Below are positions 27,971 to 32,000 of a stretch of 32,000 nt of DNA, piece after piece; position 1 is the stretch's first letter, and every line of letters begins with the position of its first letter. The notes under the pieces are model-generated. The model saw nothing but the letters and a program-made list of their open reading frames with translations, had not been told where the DNA came from and did no database searches. Origin of the DNA: Patescibacteria group bacterium (GTDB lineage Bacteria; Patescibacteriota; Patescibacteriia; 2-01-FULL-39-33); the NCBI GenBank assembly GCA_041662745.1, contig JBAZRV010000008.1:954-32953 (forward strand), written 5' to 3'. A program made the translations under genes and the position numbers.

Positions 27971-29316
27971 TGATTTTGCGTGTAAGTAATGGTGATATTA
28001 TCCAAAATCACCTGCTGAGTGCCATCGCTCGACAAGTAAGCGCGCCATTTTATTTGATTGGTAGAAGTGGTGAATTTAGAAATATTGGCGTTAACATCGG
28101 TTGCTGTATTATAATCAGTCGTTAAGGTGGTGGTCGCCCAAGCTGAGCCGTTGTAATATTGCCAATTAGACCCGTCATCAGCTGACAATTGATAATAAAT
28201 TTCTCCGCCGTTTTTAGTCGCTGTTTCCACGAAAGAATTCCAACTTACCGTCTTGAGCATCGTCAATGAGGCGACTGGAGTAGTTGTTGGCTTATCGGAA
28301 GCATAAGCATGAGTGGTTTTCGACCAATCCAACTGGATATTGTCAAAACCAACCGTATAAGGACCAATATTAGAACCGCCGGTTTCCAGCCAAACAGCTA
28401 ACTTAAGATAATAAGTGCCAATAGCCGTTACCTTGGAAGAAACATCCAAATTGCTGACCGAAGTCCAACCTTGGGTAGCGGTTATTTCTCCCGACGACCA
28501 GACCTCTTGGCCGATAGTCGGCGCGCCGGTGCCAGTATCAATAAAAGCGTAAACCTTAAAGGTTATGGGCGGATTGGGAGTAGAATCATAAGCTGTAACA
28601 TGATAATCAAAACTTACAGTTGCTGTCGGATCGGTAACAGTGGTGGTAAAGCCCTGCCGCCAATAACCGCCTAATTCATCATCTTTGCCGGACGGCGCGC
28701 TGATATTTACCCAGCCGCCGGGATTGCCGCCAGTCGTAATCCTAGCTCCGGTAATATTAACCTCGCCCCCTCCCTGGCCCCAATCGGCATAAGTCCAACC
28801 GGTGGTATCGCTGTCAAAACCGGGGTTGGTGATGTTGCCACTATCGGTCGTACCATTATCTTTTAATTGAGCTACCCCGCCGGTTACCTCAATTTTGGCA
28901 GGGTCATAAGTGTAATCGCCGGCGTTGTCAAAAGTCCAATCCTGCGTGTCGGCCAAAATCTGAATTGCGCCCAAAAAAATAAAAGATAAGATGCCGACGA
29001 CCAAAATTTTCAAAACAAACAGGCCTCCCGCGCCGCCTGCAGTGGCCAAACTGATGCGCCGCCTGACGGTGTAAACCCGCAGAGGCTTAACGGCTTTCTG
29101 CCGGCTGGGAAAAATCATTCCTTGCTCTTGCAATCGGTCCGGCGGAACCAACAGGTACATGGGCAAGGAGACAACGGCAAACACGACTTCTATCGCCAAT
29201 AATTCTACGGCTAAAGGCAGGACTCTGTACCATTGTCCGGTTTTAACGACTTTTTGACGCAAACCGAAAACATAGCCGGAATAAGAAAAAAATAGATTTA
29301 GCCAGCGCTTAGACAT
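24715..29316 (-). CDS. Giant surface protein, N-terminal part: two TMs, CBM-like domain, repeats; ends at frameshift
   Basis: TMs LPLAVELLAIEVVFAVVSLPMYLL and GGLFVLKILVVGILSFIFLGAI followed by extracellular Ser/Thr-rich repeat domains. Out-of-frame tail SVGILFRRSRQS* after the homopolymer. Confidence 0.85.
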   Translation of the reverse strand: MSKRWLNLFFSYSGYVFGLRQKVVKTGQWYRVLPLAVELLAIEVVFAVVSLPMYLLVPPDRLQEQGMIFPSRQKAVKPLRVYTVRRRISLATAGGAGGLFVLKILVVGILSFIFLGAIQILADTQDWTFDNAGDYTYDPAKIEVTGGVAQLKDNGTTDSGNITNPGFDSDTTGWTYADWGQGGGEVNITGARITTGGNPGGWVNISAPSGKDDELGGYWRQGFTTTVTDPTATVSFDYHVTAYDSTPNPPITFKVYAFIDTGTGAPTIGQEVWSSGEITATQGWTSVSNLDVSSKVTAIGTYYLKLAVWLETGGSNIGPYTVGFDNIQLDWSKTTHAYASDKPTTTPVASLTMLKTVSWNSFVETATKNGGEIYYQLSADDGSNWQYYNGSAWATTTLTTDYNTATDVNANISKFTTSTNQIKWRAYLSSDGTQQVILDNITITYTQNQRPQVQSVAPAQDTTYGYVHVNYNLQDAEDDISSLTAYEYSLSGTFADAVTMTASTTDPAHSGVSGLPASSGGTPHTFVWDARSQLGDVVTTTYVRLRPNDGIGNGIYATSSVFTVDYVSSTVSNVLATQPLGTTTVAVTYDLFDDTADNILVEMQISGDDGDTWTVPATGVSGAVGAGVTAGNGKTIYWTAGADYPNQQKSNMRVRIRAKDKWQNQGVYSASANFSLDTLPAATLTAADLQAQPNAGDTAVLIGGSFTEVNPDANHFYVAIDGGGYSSSTAGDSDTATPSNLATAVGATLDGNDYISQVKIVHTDDYFNLGVNENLTPNSIYKYVKPYTPSAPTLSNPVTTRLDLTINSHAGEAGDVQYALFETTTSKYVQSDGTLGVSPVWQIIGTGSGQWGNNTGSAGTVRITGLSSPVANYIFKVKSRNPSDAGHAASSDSAFSATAQITNTAPGIVLDSYAQTTDGSQYSPIAYTGTDGQGDVTYLSAYEYSVDGSSWQAMTEKSGAGSNGTANLIFLPTGSAYSFVWDSGADLPSLETTTAKIRLRGNDTLTDGSLVASANFSLDNKAPVVSDVTASQNAGARTVAITYNLTDANSSLIQIDISGDGGSTWTVATSSLTGAVGSGVTPGVGKSVAWNAGADYDNQYNTNVLVRVRARDSFGNQGSYSGSAIFTVDTHAPVLSNLSAGQDGNANTFTFHYDVSEDAGNANLLLAVSADGGSTWTVATSSATGDLGVAVIPGSGKTITWDAGADYNDQEKTNMQFRLTATDSFSNNSALASSDFSLDTKSPRLTNVSATQPLGGTSVTITYDLADQNNSLVILDISNNSGSTWLVATSTLSGEIGANITPGTGKTVTWNAAVDFPDQNLSTMQARVRALDIFANQSANVPSADFSLDTLPPAVSVIANLSAQPLAGATTTLIGGSFTEANPNTNDFYVAIDGGSYGSATAGSVNTASPADQATVVGVTLDGNDYISQVKITHTDDYGQTITNENGSPNSAYKYVKPYTPSAPTVNNPGVGTVDVLINKNPAETDGLEYAIYEGSQNKYVQSDGTLGASPVWQVSGTGFFSVGILFRRSRQS
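28330..28845 (-). other. Carbohydrate-binding-module-like (galactose-binding jelly-roll type) domain in the giant protein
   Basis: ITNPGFDSDTTGWTYADWG ... TATVSFDYHVTAYD ... GTYYLKLAVWLETGGSNIGPYTVGFDNIQLDW, resembling CBM4/9-type domains. Confidence 0.5.
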
Positions 29317-29318
29317 AG

Positions 29319-30140
29319 CTAAAGAGTTAATATGGTTAAGAAAATTCCTAATAAGATGATAATAATCACCGACCAATTGGCCAAGGAATCAATATTCTTG
29401 GCGATTAAATCAAACCAAGTGGAAGTTACTTTGAAATATTGGGTCGGCGCAGTCTCGCTCCTGGTCCCCTGCTGTTGATTGTAACTAAAAACCAGCACCG
29501 AATGATTGCCCTCGCTTAAACGAAAATTGCTTTGCAGTTGTTCTATCCGCCAGTTGCCGGCTGAATCCGCATCGGCCGTATAAACCGCCGTCTGCTGATC
29601 CGACAACAATAAAACAACCGTAGCCAGCGGTTGTCCAACGCCTGAGAAGACGTAATTGCCTCCCCTGATTTTTTTGACTTGTCGCAATTCCGGCCTCGCC
29701 ATAGTGTTTACTACGCGAGCCGTCTGGATTCCCGTATCAGCGGCCACCAATTCCTGTTGCGTAATGTCGGCCGGCTGTAAATCGCCTACCGAATAAAGTT
29801 GCAAGGGACCGAAAACGGTCGGTGTCAAAACAATAATCAATAATTTTGCCAGCCAAACCAAAGCGATAACGCCAACGCCGGTAACTGTTAGGATGCGGCG
29901 TAAATTATAATCAAAATTCACTTGGGCATAAGACCCTTGGTCGGCGAAATAAGCCGTAACGTCGCGAGACTTCAAGGTCAGATATAACGGAAGAGAGGTC
30001 ACGGCTAAAAATATCTCCCAGAAAAAAAGTAGGAAAATATTATAAACTGCCTCCAACCCAGTTTGCCCTACGATAAGTTGTTTGCGATTATAGATGCGGT
30101 TGGTTAAAAGCAATACGAGATTTAACCATTTATTCTTCAT
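29319..30140 (-). CDS. 273-aa membrane protein, mini-paralogue of the giant protein termini (2 TM + Ig-like domain + C-terminal TM)
   Basis: TVTSLPLYL-type TM1 region and NLRRILTVTGVGVIALVWLAKLLIIV resemble the giant N-terminus. VFSGVGQPLATVVLLLSDQQTAVYTADADSAGNWRIEQ...EGNHSVLVF resembles the giant C-terminal SFSGVSLPNRDVIIYIHSDQALIYRTRADSQGNWRIDH...PGQHTVFAV. Confidence 0.85.
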   Translation of the reverse strand: MKNKWLNLVLLLTNRIYNRKQLIVGQTGLEAVYNIFLLFFWEIFLAVTSLPLYLTLKSRDVTAYFADQGSYAQVNFDYNLRRILTVTGVGVIALVWLAKLLIIVLTPTVFGPLQLYSVGDLQPADITQQELVAADTGIQTARVVNTMARPELRQVKKIRGGNYVFSGVGQPLATVVLLLSDQQTAVYTADADSAGNWRIEQLQSNFRLSEGNHSVLVFSYNQQQGTRSETAPTQYFKVTSTWFDLIAKNIDSLANWSVIIIILLGIFLTILTL

Positions 30141-30152
30141 CTATTGTAGTAT

Positions 30153-30536
30153 TTAAGTGCTTAAAATTTTCTCAACCTTGTCTTTTAAGACGGATAAGTC
30201 CGTATCAGCCTTAATAAAATAATCCCTGGCGCCCAAATCCTTGGCTTTCTTAATATCTTCTTCATCGCCCAAATTAGACAAAACGATTACCGGCGTGGCT
30301 CGTAAATTAGTATTGGCCTTAATATTCTTAAGAAACTCAAAACCGTTCATTTTCGGCAATAACAGATCAAGCAAAACAACATTCGGCTTGGTTCTTTCCG
30401 CCATGTGCAGGGCGGTTTCACCGTCAGTGGCGGTAGCGATAGTAAAGCCGCCTTCATGAAAAACCAGATACAGCGCTCTTAATAGAATTTCATCGTCTTC
30501 AACTATCAAAACTATTTTTGTTCCTTCTTTCGCCAT
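30153..30536 (-). CDS. Stand-alone response regulator receiver (REC) protein
   Basis: LIVEDDEILLRAL, VVLLDLLLPKMNGFEFL, VIVLSNLGDE, YFIKAD. Confidence 0.95.
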   Translation of the reverse strand: MAKEGTKIVLIVEDDEILLRALYLVFHEGGFTIATATDGETALHMAERTKPNVVLLDLLLPKMNGFEFLKNIKANTNLRATPVIVLSNLGDEEDIKKAKDLGARDYFIKADTDLSVLKDKVEKILST

Positions 30537-30539
30537 ATT

Positions 30540-30959
30540 TTAATCTTTTAACGACTTTTTAATATAATCGATGATTTTTTTCATCTCCGTATTGGCTTTA
30601 ATGAAATATTCTTCGGCGCCCAAGGCCTTAACCGATTTAACATCGCCAATCTCGTCAAGATTTGACAGGACGACAACGGGGATATTTTTTACTTTGTCAT
30701 CGGCCTTCAACTCCTTAAGCACCGTAAAACCGTCAATGCCGGGAATAACCAAATCCAACAAAATCAGCTGAGGTAAGAATTTTTTGACCATGGCGACGGC
30801 ATCATTGCCGTTATCCACCACCATGACCTCAAAGCCTTCGTTTTTTAAGCTTTCTGCCAACACTTTGGATAACAAAGAATCATCCTCCACAACCAGGACT
30901 TTTCGGGGTTGTTTTTTGGATTGACCTTTCTCTCCAAGGCCAAAAATGGTTTTTAGCAT
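30540..30959 (-). CDS. Stand-alone response regulator receiver (REC) protein
   Basis: VLVVEDDSLLSKVL, LILLDLVIPGIDGFTVL, VVVLSNLDE, YFIKANTEM; 139 aa with a basic N-terminal extension. Confidence 0.95.
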   Translation of the reverse strand: MLKTIFGLGEKGQSKKQPRKVLVVEDDSLLSKVLAESLKNEGFEVMVVDNGNDAVAMVKKFLPQLILLDLVIPGIDGFTVLKELKADDKVKNIPVVVLSNLDEIGDVKSVKALGAEEYFIKANTEMKKIIDYIKKSLKD

Positions 30960-30987
30960 AATTTGATTAAGTTGCCCCCCAAATTAG

Positions 30988-31800
30988 TTAAATATAGTAT
31001 ACCACAATATTATACCATAAACAAAATAAATGCGCATCAAGCGCGCTTGATTGGCTAAACAATTTAATAAAGTTAAAAACAAGCCGCTTAATCGCGACTT
31101 GCCGGTTTTCTTTGGGCCAAAATCTGTTCCTCAGCTTAATATAGGCGTTTAACGCTCTGTCCGGCCCGTTTAAATCATCCAAAAACAATTTCCTGATCCA
31201 GGCCAAATCAATCTCGCCGCGCAAATACTTGGCATAAATCCTATCAGCCAAGCCATAACCCTGCTGATAGATAAAGAATTCCTCAAAATCAAGATCCTGG
31301 CCAAGCGTTTTAAGCAATATCCGCCGAATATCTTCTTTGGCTTTGCCGTTTAACAGTAGTAAATCGGGCAAATGTTCATACAGATTCTCCCAATCACTGC
31401 CCAATAGCCTGGCGCCTAACATTCCCAGCAATTCCACCAATACGCCCAAAGCCATATAATCCTTAACATTTCTTCTTTTATTTCCCACCTTGTAAGAAAC
31501 GCCGGAAGACAAAAAATGGAAAGCGTGCGAAGATTCCTCCAGAATAGAATGATTGGTTGACTTAGGGCCGATGATTATTATTTGTTGTTTCAACAGATAA
31601 TAACTTAGACCGCTGGCTATTCTAATTGCAAATTCTTCTTCTAAGGACCTGGGTAATGCCAGATCATTAAACTTGACAGTTTTGCCAATCCACCAAACCT
31701 CGGGGTAACAGCTTAACTCAATTGACAAAATTTCAGACAATTCCGAAAGCGCATCATAAACCAGTTCCTCAATCTGAGCCTGCCTGTCTCGCCATCTCAT
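30988..31800 (-). CDS. Hypothetical protein, first gene of the candidate operon
   Basis: 270 aa; ATG at 31800 preceded on the minus strand by the purine-rich AAGGGAGGGAGGG (Shine-Dalgarno-like); contains HSILEESSHAFHF. Confidence 0.8.
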   Translation of the reverse strand: MRWRDRQAQIEELVYDALSELSEILSIELSCYPEVWWIGKTVKFNDLALPRSLEEEFAIRIASGLSYYLLKQQIIIIGPKSTNHSILEESSHAFHFLSSGVSYKVGNKRRNVKDYMALGVLVELLGMLGARLLGSDWENLYEHLPDLLLLNGKAKEDIRRILLKTLGQDLDFEEFFIYQQGYGLADRIYAKYLRGEIDLAWIRKLFLDDLNGPDRALNAYIKLRNRFWPKENRQVAIKRLVFNFIKLFSQSSALDAHLFCLWYNIVVYYI

Positions 31801-31892
31801 GCTTGTTACCCTCCCTCCCTTGGTAATGCTGTAAAGTGCTATTAAAAATTTAATTTTGGATGAACGTCTTGTCTATTCGAAGTTCCTAAACG

Positions 31893-32000
31893 ATGTTAGA
31901 ACCTTCTTTCAAGAAAATTCTTAAGAATTTTCCTAAATTCAAATTCCAAAAATCGAAATTTCAAGGCCGTGGCGGATCAAAGCGGGCAAAAAGGAAGGGG
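31893..32000 (+). CDS. Possible start of a divergent plus-strand gene, truncated by window end
   Basis: Open from ATG 31893 for 36 codons: MLEPSFKKILKNFPKFKFQKSKFQGRGGSKRAKRKG. Very basic; too short for a call. Confidence 0.35.
   Translation, partial: MLEPSFKKILKNFPKFKFQKSKFQGRGGSKRAKRKG

Larger units (their letters stand above)
19770..29316 (-). other. Reconstructed single gene for a giant (about 3,181 aa) cell-surface repeat protein, interrupted by one frameshift
   Basis: Two ORFs (24715-29376 and 19770-24617) join in frame if one T is removed from the minus-strand T7 run (plus-strand A7, 24753-24759). The joined product continues the same internal repeat unit without a break. Start taken as ATG 29316 (MSKRWLNLFF). 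Confidence 0.85.

Overview
This is a dense, almost entirely minus-strand window. It looks like a Patescibacteria/CPR-type genome: short intergenic gaps, HisKA boxes of the 'SHQLRTPL' type, and stand-alone REC proteins carrying a 'LSN' motif. That lineage call is an inference. Housekeeping genes are a miaB-family methylthiotransferase (cut by the left edge and absent from the ORF track), dnaE, rarA, queH and a Nudix hydrolase. There are also a membrane-tethered single-AAA Clp-like ATPase, a 'baseplate J-like' membrane protein, and an HtrA/S1C-fold protein whose catalytic triad looks completely lost. The most interesting region is 12657-31800, about 19 kb and ten tightly packed co-oriented genes: a 270-aa unknown, two REC proteins, a 273-aa membrane protein, a giant repeat-built surface protein, a six-PAS histidine kinase, a third REC, a two-PAS protein, a 66-aa ferritin-like mini-protein and a Cache-HAMP-PAS histidine kinase. 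A likely intrinsic terminator follows. The giant protein is about 3,181 aa once a one-base frameshift at a 7-nt homopolymer is corrected. Its ectodomain follows an A-B-B-B-C super-repeat of about 2.0 kb, and its two ends (double-TM N-terminus, Ig-like domain plus TM C-terminus) are mirrored in the adjacent 273-aa protein. No tRNA, rRNA, CRISPR array or mobile element could be supported.
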